Shown here piece after piece: positions 29,334-37,197 of a DNA stretch of 64,000 nucleotides. The DNA comes from an uncultured archaeon. GTDB taxonomy: Archaea; Iainarchaeota; Iainarchaeia; Iainarchaeales; CSSED10-239. Both the position numbers and the translations under genes were made by a program. The notes beneath the pieces are model-generated. The model was not told the DNA's origin, made no database searches, and saw nothing but the letters and a program-made list of their open reading frames with translations. Numbering within the stretch: position 1 is the stretch's first letter; each line of letters opens with the position of its first letter. The DNA lies in the NCBI GenBank assembly GCA_964586355.1, contig CAZPGO010000030.1:20421-84420 (forward strand), given 5' to 3'.

Positions 29334-29389
29334 ATATTAGTAATAATATTAATATATTATTTTTTTTATTAATTTATGGAGGGAAACTT

Positions 29390-29944
29390 ATGTTTAAAAA
29401 GAAAAAAGGACAAGGTGCTTTAGAGTATCTTTTGTTAATAGGTGGTGCGGTATTAATTACTGTTATTGTTATTGCATTATTGGTTGGTATGGGTGGTCAA
29501 AGTAGAGACACAGCTCAAGATCAAGCAAATAGAGTTCAATCAGCAACAGATGTACCACAACCAGCTCAAATAATTTCTGTTGACGCATCTTATAATGAAT
29601 GTACACAGAATGGAGATGCAACAATAACAGTAAATTGGAGAGCTTTAGGTGAAGGAGGAAGTCATAGGTTATATGTTTCTGATTCATCTAATAAAGATCT
29701 AAATATTACACATTTGCCAAATACTAGTTCTGGTGAGGGTAATGTGGGTCATGAAATAGGAAATAGTGGTGGTACTACTGGCCCAGATGATCTAATTATT
29801 TTAAATCCAAACAATTTAGCTGTTACTGATTTCAATATTGGAAATGTAAAAAAATGTGGTGATTCTTATTATGTAAGAATTGAAACAACAAAAAATAATC
29901 AAACAGTTGTTTCTGCTAAATACCAGTTTAGTTGGGTTAATTAA
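29390..29944 (+). CDS. Type IV pilin, major-pilin-like paralog 1 (184 aa). The ORF-track N-terminal extension from 29279 is probably not translated.
   Basis: MFKKKKGQ|GALEYLLLIGGAVLI is a class III signal peptide. There is an SD-ATG arrangement. The C-terminal CGDSYYVRIETTKNNQTVVSAKYQFSWVN is conserved among the paralogs. Confidence 0.8.
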   Translation: MFKKKKGQGALEYLLLIGGAVLITVIVIALLVGMGGQSRDTAQDQANRVQSATDVPQPAQIISVDASYNECTQNGDATITVNWRALGEGGSHRLYVSDSSNKDLNITHLPNTSSGEGNVGHEIGNSGGTTGPDDLIILNPNNLAVTDFNIGNVKKCGDSYYVRIETTKNNQTVVSAKYQFSWVN

Positions 29945-29950
29945 TTTTAA

Positions 29951-29966
29951 TCCTTCTTTTTTTTTC
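29951..29966 (+). terminator. Oligo-T tract (T9) directly after the pilin paralog 1 stop, the archaeal terminator type.
   Basis: The sequence is ccttcttttttttttc. Confidence 0.35.
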
Positions 29967-29985
29967 AAAAAATTAAATAGAAACA

Positions 29986-29994
29986 TATATAAAT
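29986..29994 (+). promoter_or_regulatory. TATA box (TATATAAAT) upstream of pilin paralog 2. The SD GGAGG lies at 30053-30057 and the ATG at 30065.
   Basis: It is the same element as upstream of paralog 1. Confidence 0.4.
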
Positions 29995-30064
29995 GTATTT
30001 TACTTAATATATATTAATGTTTTTTATAAAACAAAAATAAAATTTATTTAATGGAGGAAAATTT

Positions 30065-30544
30065 ATGTTTAAAAAGAAAAAAGGACAAGGTGCTTTAGAG
30101 TACCTTTTGTTAATCGGTGGTGCTGTGTTAATTGCAGTTATTGTAATTGCTTTATTAGTTGGTATGGGTGGTCAAAGTAGAGATACTGCTCAAGATCAAG
30201 CAAATAGAGTACAACAAGCAACAGATGTTCCACAACCAGCTCAAATAGTTTCTGTAAGAGCTCCATATGATGAATGTGGTGATGGAAATATTAGTGTTAG
30301 TTGGAGACCACTTGGCGAAGGCGGAAGTAATGAAATGGTTGTTTTAGATTCTAGCAATACTGAATTACAGATCGATGATGCAGGTACAAGAAAAGTACTT
30401 GATCCAAATGACTTAACTTTTGATGTTAATGTAACTTTAACTTCTGCTCATGAGTGTGGTGATTCTTACTATGTAAAAATAATTACAGAGAAGAACAATC
30501 AAGAAGTTACTTCATCAGCATATCAATTTAGTTGGATTGACTAA
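30065..30544 (+). CDS. Type IV pilin, paralog 2 (159 aa).
   Basis: The N-terminal 60 aa are near-identical to paralog 1 at both protein and DNA level. The C-terminal motif CGDSYYVKIITEKNNQEVTSSAYQFSWID is conserved. Confidence 0.8.
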   Translation: MFKKKKGQGALEYLLLIGGAVLIAVIVIALLVGMGGQSRDTAQDQANRVQQATDVPQPAQIVSVRAPYDECGDGNISVSWRPLGEGGSNEMVVLDSSNTELQIDDAGTRKVLDPNDLTFDVNVTLTSAHECGDSYYVKIITEKNNQEVTSSAYQFSWID

Positions 30545-30568
30545 GTTTAATTTTAAAAGGAATTGTAA

Positions 30569-31117
30569 TTGATCTTCACAAAAAAAAAAGGACAAGGTGC
30601 TTTAGAGTATCTTTTGCTAATAGGTGGTGCGGTATTAATTGCGGTGATTGTAATTGCTTTGTTAGTTGGTATGGGTGGTCAAAGTAGAGATTCTGCCCAA
30701 AATCAATCTAATAAAGTACAACAAGCATCAGATCTTCCGCAACCTGCTCAAATAGTATCAATAAATGCAGTTTATAGTAATTGTCCTAGTTTTGATGGAG
30801 ATCAAAACAAAACTTCTAAAATTTCTTTTACTTGGAGACCACTAGGAGAAGGGGGTACTTATCATTTATCTTTTTATGATTTTAGAGATCGCCAGTTAAA
30901 GATAATGTCTGCTGAGGGGCACACCATCGATAGTGATGGTGTTGATTCTTTAATTTTAGATCCAACAGACTTAACCTTAGATATAAATGTTTTAAGATTA
31001 AATACTACTGAAATTGTACATAATTGTGGAAATTCATATTATGCGCAAATAATTACTGAAAAAAATAATCAAAAAGTAAAATCATCAATTTTTGGTTTTA
31101 GTTGGATTCCAAATTAA
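30569..31117 (+). CDS. Type IV pilin, paralog 3 (182 aa; TTG start, 24-nt gap from paralog 2).
   Basis: MIFTKKKGQGALEYLLLIGGAVLIAVIVIALLVGMGGQSRD is conserved. The C-terminal motif is NCGNSYYAQIITEKNNQKVKSSIFGFSWIPN. Confidence 0.75.
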   Translation: MIFTKKKGQGALEYLLLIGGAVLIAVIVIALLVGMGGQSRDSAQNQSNKVQQASDLPQPAQIVSINAVYSNCPSFDGDQNKTSKISFTWRPLGEGGTYHLSFYDFRDRQLKIMSAEGHTIDSDGVDSLILDPTDLTLDINVLRLNTTEIVHNCGNSYYAQIITEKNNQKVKSSIFGFSWIPN

Positions 31118-31167
31118 TTTTTAAGAAAAAAATAATTTTTTAAAAATAATAAAAACAGGAGTTTATT

Positions 31168-31638
31168 TTGAAAAAAAATATTAATTCAAACAAAGGACAA
31201 GGTGCCTTAGAATATTTGCTAATTATCGGTGGTGTTTTAGTTATTGCTGTTGTTGTTATCTCATTAATTATGTCAACAGGCAGATCAAACACAGACAAAG
31301 TAAATGAATCAGAACAACAACATTCTCAATTAATAGATAGCACTATTATTCCACCAATGATTCTTAAAGTAAATTGTTTAGATCAAGGTGGTAATGACAC
31401 TAATATTATAGTAACTTACAACAGATCTACAACAAATGGGGTTGCTGAATATTGTTTAGTTTTAAACGAATCAATAACCACAAATTGTAAACCACCTGCA
31501 ACAACAGGCAATGTTGTTTTTTTTGATAATATTTCTGGATTAGCTACTGGAGTAAAACACAAAGTTTCTTTAGTTGCAAAAAGAGGAGATTATATGTCTC
31601 AACCTGCTTTACCAACACCAACTTGTGAGGTTGAATAA
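31168..31638 (+). CDS. Type IV pilin, divergent paralog 4 (156 aa, TTG start, 4 Cys).
   Basis: It has the same KGQ|GALEYLLIIGGVLVI signal peptide but an unrelated globular domain. The upstream SD-like sequence is caggag. Confidence 0.7.
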   Translation: MKKNINSNKGQGALEYLLIIGGVLVIAVVVISLIMSTGRSNTDKVNESEQQHSQLIDSTIIPPMILKVNCLDQGGNDTNIIVTYNRSTTNGVAEYCLVLNESITTNCKPPATTGNVVFFDNISGLATGVKHKVSLVAKRGDYMSQPALPTPTCEVE

Positions 31639-31654
31639 TTTTAATTTGGTAGCT

Positions 31655-31834
31655 ATGAAAAAATTAATTTTAGATCAAAGAGCTCAAGTATCTGTTGAAT
31701 ATCTAATCTTAATTGTTTTTGGAATGATGCTTGTAATCACAACAGGTATTATAGTAATTAATATCAATACTTTAGTAGCTGTTGCAAAATCTAAAATATT
31801 ATCTTATAGAGATAATATCATTGCTACTTTATAA
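31655..31834 (+). CDS. Small DUF361-like pilin (59 aa).
   Basis: The start is MKKLILDQRAQ|VSVEYLILIVFGMMLV. The ORF-track start at 31574 overlaps the paralog 4 terminus. Confidence 0.5.
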   Translation: MKKLILDQRAQVSVEYLILIVFGMMLVITTGIIVININTLVAVAKSKILSYRDNIIATL

Positions 31835-31845
31835 TTTAGAAAAAT

Positions 31846-32973
31846 ATGTTTTCTATTTTTAATTTTCTGATTTTTTTTGTTTTATTAATTTTTATTATTC
31901 TTTGTACTTATTTTGATTTAAAAAAAAGAATTATTCCTAATAAATTAATTTTTATTTTTTTAATACTTTTTTTATGTTTGTTTTTAATAAAACTGGTTTT
32001 GTTTTTTTCATTTTCTTTATTATATAATACTTTTTTGTCAGTAACAATAACTTTTTTTGTTTGTTATTTACTTTGGGAGTTTGGGGTGATTGCCGGAGGA
32101 GATCTAAAATTTTTTTTTGTAATTTCTATTTTACTGCCTTTTAATCTCTCTGTTTTTTCTAATTTTTTTAATATTGGTTTAAATCTTACTTTATTAAAAC
32201 ACCCTATTTTTTCCATTTTTTTATTGTTTTTTAGTTTTTTAATGATGTTACCCTATATTTTATTATTTTCTATTATTAAACTATTTACAAAAAAAAATCT
32301 TATATACTTAAAAAGATTTTTTTTTACAAAAAAGAATTTTGAAAATTTATTTTTAAGTACTCTTTCTTTATTTTTAGTTTCTATTATTGTAAGCTTTTTT
32401 GCTCTCTCTTTTAATTTGATTTTTTTGTTTATATTTTCTTTTATTTTGTTTAATTTAATTATGTTACTTAAAAATAAAAATCAACATTATTTTATTTGCA
32501 TTTTGATATTTTCTTTTTCTGTTTTAATTTTTTTAGAAATAATATTAAAACAATCTTTTTTTGTGTTTACAGATCTTGGTTTAATTTTTGTGATTAATAT
32601 ATCTGTCTCTTTTCTTTTGTTTTTAATAAAATTTACAAAAGAAAATATTTTAACAACCCCAATAAGTATTAAAAATTTACAAGAGGGGGTAGTTCTATCT
32701 AAAAATTATTATTTTAATAAACAAACAAACAAATTAACTGTTGAAAACACCAGTTTTGTTAATCAATTCAAAAGATTAGTTTCTGGAACCTATTATCTTA
32801 ACCTAAAAATAGATTCTAACAAAGCAGGGGGTCTAAAGAAAGAAGACATTGCTTTTTTAAATACTATGTATGAAAATAATTTAATAGGCAACTGGATTTA
32901 TGTTAAAAAAACATTGCCTTTTATGCCTGTTGTGTTAATAACTTTTATTGTTTTAAATTTTATAAAATTTTAA
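31846..32973 (+). CDS. Prepilin (class III signal) peptidase, PibD/FlaK/EppA-like A24 aspartic protease with an additional C-terminal domain.
   Basis: The first Asp context is YFDLKKRIIPN. The second catalytic Asp lies in IAGGDLKFFF, matching the GGGD-[VL]-K-L motif. It is polytopic and sits within the pilin cluster. Confidence 0.75.
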   Translation: MFSIFNFLIFFVLLIFIILCTYFDLKKRIIPNKLIFIFLILFLCLFLIKLVLFFSFSLLYNTFLSVTITFFVCYLLWEFGVIAGGDLKFFFVISILLPFNLSVFSNFFNIGLNLTLLKHPIFSIFLLFFSFLMMLPYILLFSIIKLFTKKNLIYLKRFFFTKKNFENLFLSTLSLFLVSIIVSFFALSFNLIFLFIFSFILFNLIMLLKNKNQHYFICILIFSFSVLIFLEIILKQSFFVFTDLGLIFVINISVSFLLFLIKFTKENILTTPISIKNLQEGVVLSKNYYFNKQTNKLTVENTSFVNQFKRLVSGTYYLNLKIDSNKAGGLKKEDIAFLNTMYENNLIGNWIYVKKTLPFMPVVLITFIVLNFIKF

Positions 32974-32986
32974 AGATGTGTAATTT

Positions 32987-33457
32987 ATGATAAAAAATAT
33001 TAAAGCACAAATTTCTGTAGAATTCATTATATTATTAGCTATATTTATGTTGTTTTTTCAAGCAACTATTTTGCCAACAATAGAGTTTTCTGAAAATATT
33101 ATAAAAGACACTCATAGCTTAAGTATAGCTAGTGATAATGTTTCTAGATTAATAACACATATAGAAAATTTTTCAAATAGTCCAGGGTATGGTAAAAGAA
33201 GTGTTTTTTTCTATCTTCCTGAGAATGCAACTATTACTTCTTGTGGTGGATCTGAGAATAACATAAAATATAATGTAAAAATATCCACTCAAAACCCAAT
33301 ACCCTTAACTTGTGATAGTACTGGTGACTGTAATTTTACAAAAAATATAGAAACCTCTTTAGAAATTAGTTGTTCTCCAAATAAGATAGGCCCTGGTTTT
33401 TCAGGAAATATTGTTTTAGAAAAAACAAGTATAGGGGAAATTATAATTAATGGTTAG
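32987..33457 (+). CDS. DUF361-like pilin or pilus-associated protein (156 aa, Cys-rich globular part).
   Basis: The N-terminal is MIKNIKAQ|ISVEFIILLAIFMLFF. There are 5 Cys in the C-terminal domain. Confidence 0.55.
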   Translation: MIKNIKAQISVEFIILLAIFMLFFQATILPTIEFSENIIKDTHSLSIASDNVSRLITHIENFSNSPGYGKRSVFFYLPENATITSCGGSENNIKYNVKISTQNPIPLTCDSTGDCNFTKNIETSLEISCSPNKIGPGFSGNIVLEKTSIGEIIING

Positions 33458-33460
33458 ATT

Positions 33461-33808
33461 ATGAATAAGCAAGGACAGATTAGTGTTGAGTTTATAATGA
33501 TATTAGGTTTGTTATTATTATTTTTGTTTTTTATATTAAACACAACACAAAAAGATCTAAATCAAAATAGAGCAATTCTATCTATAAAATCAAGAACTAT
33601 TGATTTGATTAATTTATCAGACTCTAGAGCTGTTCTTTTAAATATGGATTATTTAATTCAAGGTAGTTATTTAGATGTTACCATAAACATAAAAAAAAAC
33701 GGATCAACATTTACACTGGCTGTTTCTGATTATTTAGATGTAATTGCTTATATCAAAAGAACAACTGGTTTTAGGAATGTTAATTTAGATTTTGTTTATT
33801 TAACATAA
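33461..33808 (+). CDS. DUF361-like pilin (115 aa).
   Basis: The N-terminal is MNKQGQ|ISVEFIMILGLLLLFLFF. Confidence 0.55.
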   Translation: MNKQGQISVEFIMILGLLLLFLFFILNTTQKDLNQNRAILSIKSRTIDLINLSDSRAVLLNMDYLIQGSYLDVTINIKKNGSTFTLAVSDYLDVIAYIKRTTGFRNVNLDFVYLT

Positions 33809-33810
33809 GG

Positions 33811-34461
33811 GTGAATTTTATGATTAGTAAAGATTTATTATATATTCAAATATTTTTTTTATTTTCATTAATAGTTAATTTATTTACAGAGGGTCTTTTA
33901 TTTTTAAAGATTTTATTAATTATTTTGCTTTTGTTGTTTATTATAAAGTCAAAAGATTCTTTTATCTATAATAGACAAAAATACAACTTTTTTTCTTATG
34001 GTCTTTTATTTTTTTCTATTTTATTTCTTTTAACAAATTATCTTACAAGTAGTTATTTTTATATGTTTTTATTTTGTGTTTTAATATTATATATTTATTT
34101 ATTTAAGGTTTTATTTAACACCTCTTATGGAGAAGTAATAAGTAATAAAAATGGTTTTATAGGTGTAAAAGTTTTAGATGCTTTTTACAAATCAAAAAGT
34201 CTCTCTTTTAAACATAAAACTCTATTAACAGGTTCAATAGTTGTTTTTTCTTTAACTAGATTTCCTTTAAGAAAAAAACCAATAGCTATTATAGATGTTG
34301 TTCCTCCTTATGACCTAAAACCCAAAAAGCAAAGTACTAAGAGGCCACCAATAAAACACGCAGCAAAGAAAACCCCTAAAAAGCAAGCGGTTAAAAAAAC
34401 CCCTAACAAAAAAAACATCTCCAGACAAAAAACTTCAAAAACTATTAAAAAGAAAAAATAA
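33811..34461 (+). CDS. Hypothetical membrane protein (4 TM) with a possible C-terminal beta-rich domain and a Lys/Pro-rich tail.
   Basis: It has hydrophobic helices and a KKTPKKQAVKKTPNKK tail. It has a GTG or nearby ATG start. Confidence 0.3.
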   Translation: MNFMISKDLLYIQIFFLFSLIVNLFTEGLLFLKILLIILLLLFIIKSKDSFIYNRQKYNFFSYGLLFFSILFLLTNYLTSSYFYMFLFCVLILYIYLFKVLFNTSYGEVISNKNGFIGVKVLDAFYKSKSLSFKHKTLLTGSIVVFSLTRFPLRKKPIAIIDVVPPYDLKPKKQSTKRPPIKHAAKKTPKKQAVKKTPNKKNISRQKTSKTIKKKK

Positions 34462-34803
34462 ATGACTTTTGAAAAAATAAAATATTTTGTTTTTGTTTTT
34501 GCATTACTTTCTTTGTGTCTTTTATTATTTTCGATTTATTTTTTCTCACCAAAATTTTTTTCTGTAACGGATTTTTTAGTCTCTGACACCTCAAAGGTAG
34601 TTACTCTTTATGGAACTATAAGAGAATTAGATAACACAAACACAACCTATTTTTTTAATTTATGTGATGGATCTAAATGTGTTGAGTGTATTTTTTTTAA
34701 TCCTTCTTCTTTTCAAAAAGATTTGTTAATCAACAATACAACTATTAAAATAACCGGTAAAAAAGAAGACAAATTTTTTGTTTATAAAATAGAAAAAGGC
34801 TAA
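34462..34803 (+). CDS. Membrane-anchored OB-fold protein (tRNA_anti-like/BOF-like pattern).
   Basis: An N-terminal TM is present. Then VVTLYGTIRELDNTNTTYFFNLCDGSKCVECIFFNP...TIKITGKKEDKFFVYKIE follows the pattern seen in extracytoplasmic OB-folds. Confidence 0.35.
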   Translation: MTFEKIKYFVFVFALLSLCLLLFSIYFFSPKFFSVTDFLVSDTSKVVTLYGTIRELDNTNTTYFFNLCDGSKCVECIFFNPSSFQKDLLINNTTIKITGKKEDKFFVYKIEKG

Positions 34804-34808
34804 CTACT

Positions 34809-35990
34809 ATGATTTTATTACTTCAAATAATATTAGGTGTTTTCTTAGGGGTGTTGTTTGGTTTTATACCTTCTCTTCATATTAATGTTATTGGTTATCT
34901 TATTTTATTAATTGGATTTTTTAGTAACCAATTTGATTTTTTATTCTTTTTAGCTTTTTCCATAGCTCAGTTAATTACTTCTATTATTCCTGCTATTGTT
35001 TTTGGAGTTCCAACAGATGAAACCATAAATACATTATTTCCTGGACAGCGAATGTTTCTTTTAGGTAAAGCTAAACAAGCAATTTACCTTTGTTTTATTG
35101 GTTATTTTTTAGGTGTTTTTTTTGCAATTCTTATTTTGCCTATTTTATATTTGTTGTTCTCTTTATTATCCTCTTTTTATATTTTAATTGTTTTTGTGAT
35201 CTTATTTATTTTGTTTTTGTTTATTTATGAGCAAAAGTTTCTTTTTGATAAAATAATTGTTTTGATAATGATCTTGTTTTCAGGGGTTCTAGGCATATTT
35301 ACTTTAAGCTATAATTATTTTTTTACAGAGCCTATTTTTGTGTGTGTTTTTGGTTTGTTTGGTGCACCTACTTTGATATTTTCTTTATTTTCAAACAAAA
35401 AAGTTTTTCAAAAAACAGAGATTCAATATTTAAACTTAAAAAACTCAATTTCAACTTCTTTTTTAGGAGCCCTCTCTTCAGTATTAGTTATTTTAATTCC
35501 TTCTTTAAGTTCTGCTCAATCTGGACTAATAATTTCCAAAATTAAAAAGAAATTAACTTCTCAAGAGTATCTAATATTGTTTTCAAGTATTTCTATAAGC
35601 ACTCTTATTTTTTCTTTTTTTCTTTCTATCTTTTTCCGTAAATCTAGGTTAGGTTTTATTTCTTTATTACTTTCTAATAAGATCGTAGTTCCTTCTATAA
35701 ATATTTTTTTATTTATCACAACAATCCTTTTTGCAACGATTTTTAGTATTTTAATATTGGTTTTGCTTTTAGATTCTTTTTTAAAATTTGTAAATAAAGT
35801 TAATCAAGTTGTTATAAATTTAACCATTTTGATTTTTTCTATACTCTTGATACTTTTAATATCTGGTCCAACAGCTTTATTTTTATTATTTCTCAGCGCC
35901 TCTATTGGTTTTTTGCCTTTGTTATTTAATAAGCCTAGGGTTGTTTTAATGAGTTATATTATGTTTCCAACTTTGCTTTATTTTATATAA
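34809..35990 (+). CDS. Polytopic membrane protein, possibly TctA/DUF112-like.
   Basis: It has a Gly-rich N-terminal helix (LGVFLGVLFGFIPSLH) and a ...FGVPTDETINTLFPG segment, reminiscent of DUF112. The match is weak. Confidence 0.3.
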   Translation: MILLLQIILGVFLGVLFGFIPSLHINVIGYLILLIGFFSNQFDFLFFLAFSIAQLITSIIPAIVFGVPTDETINTLFPGQRMFLLGKAKQAIYLCFIGYFLGVFFAILILPILYLLFSLLSSFYILIVFVILFILFLFIYEQKFLFDKIIVLIMILFSGVLGIFTLSYNYFFTEPIFVCVFGLFGAPTLIFSLFSNKKVFQKTEIQYLNLKNSISTSFLGALSSVLVILIPSLSSAQSGLIISKIKKKLTSQEYLILFSSISISTLIFSFFLSIFFRKSRLGFISLLLSNKIVVPSINIFLFITTILFATIFSILILVLLLDSFLKFVNKVNQVVINLTILIFSILLILLISGPTALFLLFLSASIGFLPLLFNKPRVVLMSYIMFPTLLYFI

Positions 35991-36012
35991 CCATATATTA
36001 CATATATTCTTT

Positions 36013-36375
36013 ATGACTTGGAAGATAAAAAAAGAAGTTTTAGCATCTATTTTAGAATTTAGTAAAGCAAGTTATCCTAATGAGTTTTCTGGGCTTTTAA
36101 TTGGAGAAGAGAATTTAATAACTGATATATATATTTTACCAGCTACACAAAATTACGCTCATTCTTCGGTTTTAAGATTAGATCTTGCCCCCCTAAGCAC
36201 ATCAATTATTGGTTCTGTGCATTCACACCCCATAAGATCTGGTAAACCTTCTTCTGCTGATTTAAAGTTTTTTTCTTCTAAAAAAATAAATATTATTTCC
36301 TATTATCCTTTTGATTTTAGTTCTTTTTCTGTTTATGATAGTTTTGGAAAAGAAGTTTTTTTAGAGGTTTTTTAG
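36013..36375 (+). CDS. JAMM/MPN+ metalloprotease domain protein (120 aa).
   Basis: The JAMM motif elements are present: E (EFSGLL) ... HSHP-x7-S-x2-D (GSVHSHPIRSGKPSSADL). Confidence 0.65.
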   Translation: MTWKIKKEVLASILEFSKASYPNEFSGLLIGEENLITDIYILPATQNYAHSSVLRLDLAPLSTSIIGSVHSHPIRSGKPSSADLKFFSSKKINIISYYPFDFSSFSVYDSFGKEVFLEVF

Positions 36376-36518
36376 TGAAATTTCTCTAAATTTTGCAAAG
36401 TTTTATAAACCTTACAGCAAAAAGAATTTATTAATTTTGGTCTCTATCTTTATTATAGTTGAATTTTTAAAATAATTTTTATTTTTCGATTTTAGATAAG
36501 ATTTATGGTTAGATATTT

Positions 36519-37181
36519 ATGAGTATGGATAATTTAGAAAACAGCAAAGATCAAAACAAAGAAGATCAAGATAAAAAAAACACAGATCAAAATGATCAAG
36601 ACATAAACACATCAGAAGAATTTTTAAAAAAAAATCTAATTAAAGAAACTAAGCATAACAAAGGTTCTCAAAATAAGGAAAACATTTCAAAAGAGCAAGC
36701 GACAGAGATAAAATCAGAAATAGATCTAATAAAGCATAAGTTAAATGAACAAAATAAGTTGTCTGATGAGTATTTAGATCTATTACAAAGAAGCCAAGCA
36801 AATTTTATTAACTACAAAAACAGAGTTGAAAAAGAAACTAAGGATCTGTTATTTATTGAACAGAAAAAAATAATTAGTAGTTTTTTAGATTTTAAAGAGA
36901 CTTTAAAAAAAGCTTATGAACATGAATATGATTCAAAAAACAAAGAAAATATTTTACAATTGATTAATAACTATGATATAATTTTAAAAAGATTAAGTGT
37001 TGAAAAAATGGAGCTCTTAAACAAAGAGTTTGACTATAATTATCACGAGTGTGTTTTTAAAAAAGAAACAGAAAAAGAGAATCATAATAAGATTATAGAA
37101 ATTATAGAAGATGGTTATTTATTAAATAACAGATTATTAAAACCAGCAAAAGTAGTTGTTGGAAATTATATAAAAAAATGA
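36519..37181 (+). CDS. grpE: Nucleotide exchange factor GrpE.
   Basis: It has an acidic N-terminus, then a long helix with [18 protein letters not shown] (GrpE signature AEFENYRKR-like). It lies immediately upstream of dnaK. Confidence 0.75.
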   Translation: MSMDNLENSKDQNKEDQDKKNTDQNDQDINTSEEFLKKNLIKETKHNKGSQNKENISKEQATEIKSEIDLIKHKLNEQNKLSDEYLDLLQRSQANFINYKNRVEKETKDLLFIEQKKIISSFLDFKETLKKAYEHEYDSKNKENILQLINNYDIILKRLSVEKMELLNKEFDYNYHECVFKKETEKENHNKIIEIIEDGYLLNNRLLKPAKVVVGNYIKK

Positions 37182-37197
37182 TTTTGGAGGAAAAATT

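Noticed and set aside
29279-29389. ORF-track N-terminal extension of pilin paralog 1 (MVCGCFYWFSL...).
   Set aside because: The extension runs through the promoter TATA and the SD GGAGGG. The internal ATG at 29390 gives the canonical K-G|Q class III signal peptide shared with the paralogs.
31118-31167. Possible independent TATA promoter for pilin paralog 4.
   Set aside because: The A/T-rich spacer has an SD-like caggag but no clear TATATAAAT element like those upstream of paralogs 1 and 2. Co-transcription with paralogs 2 and 3 cannot be excluded.
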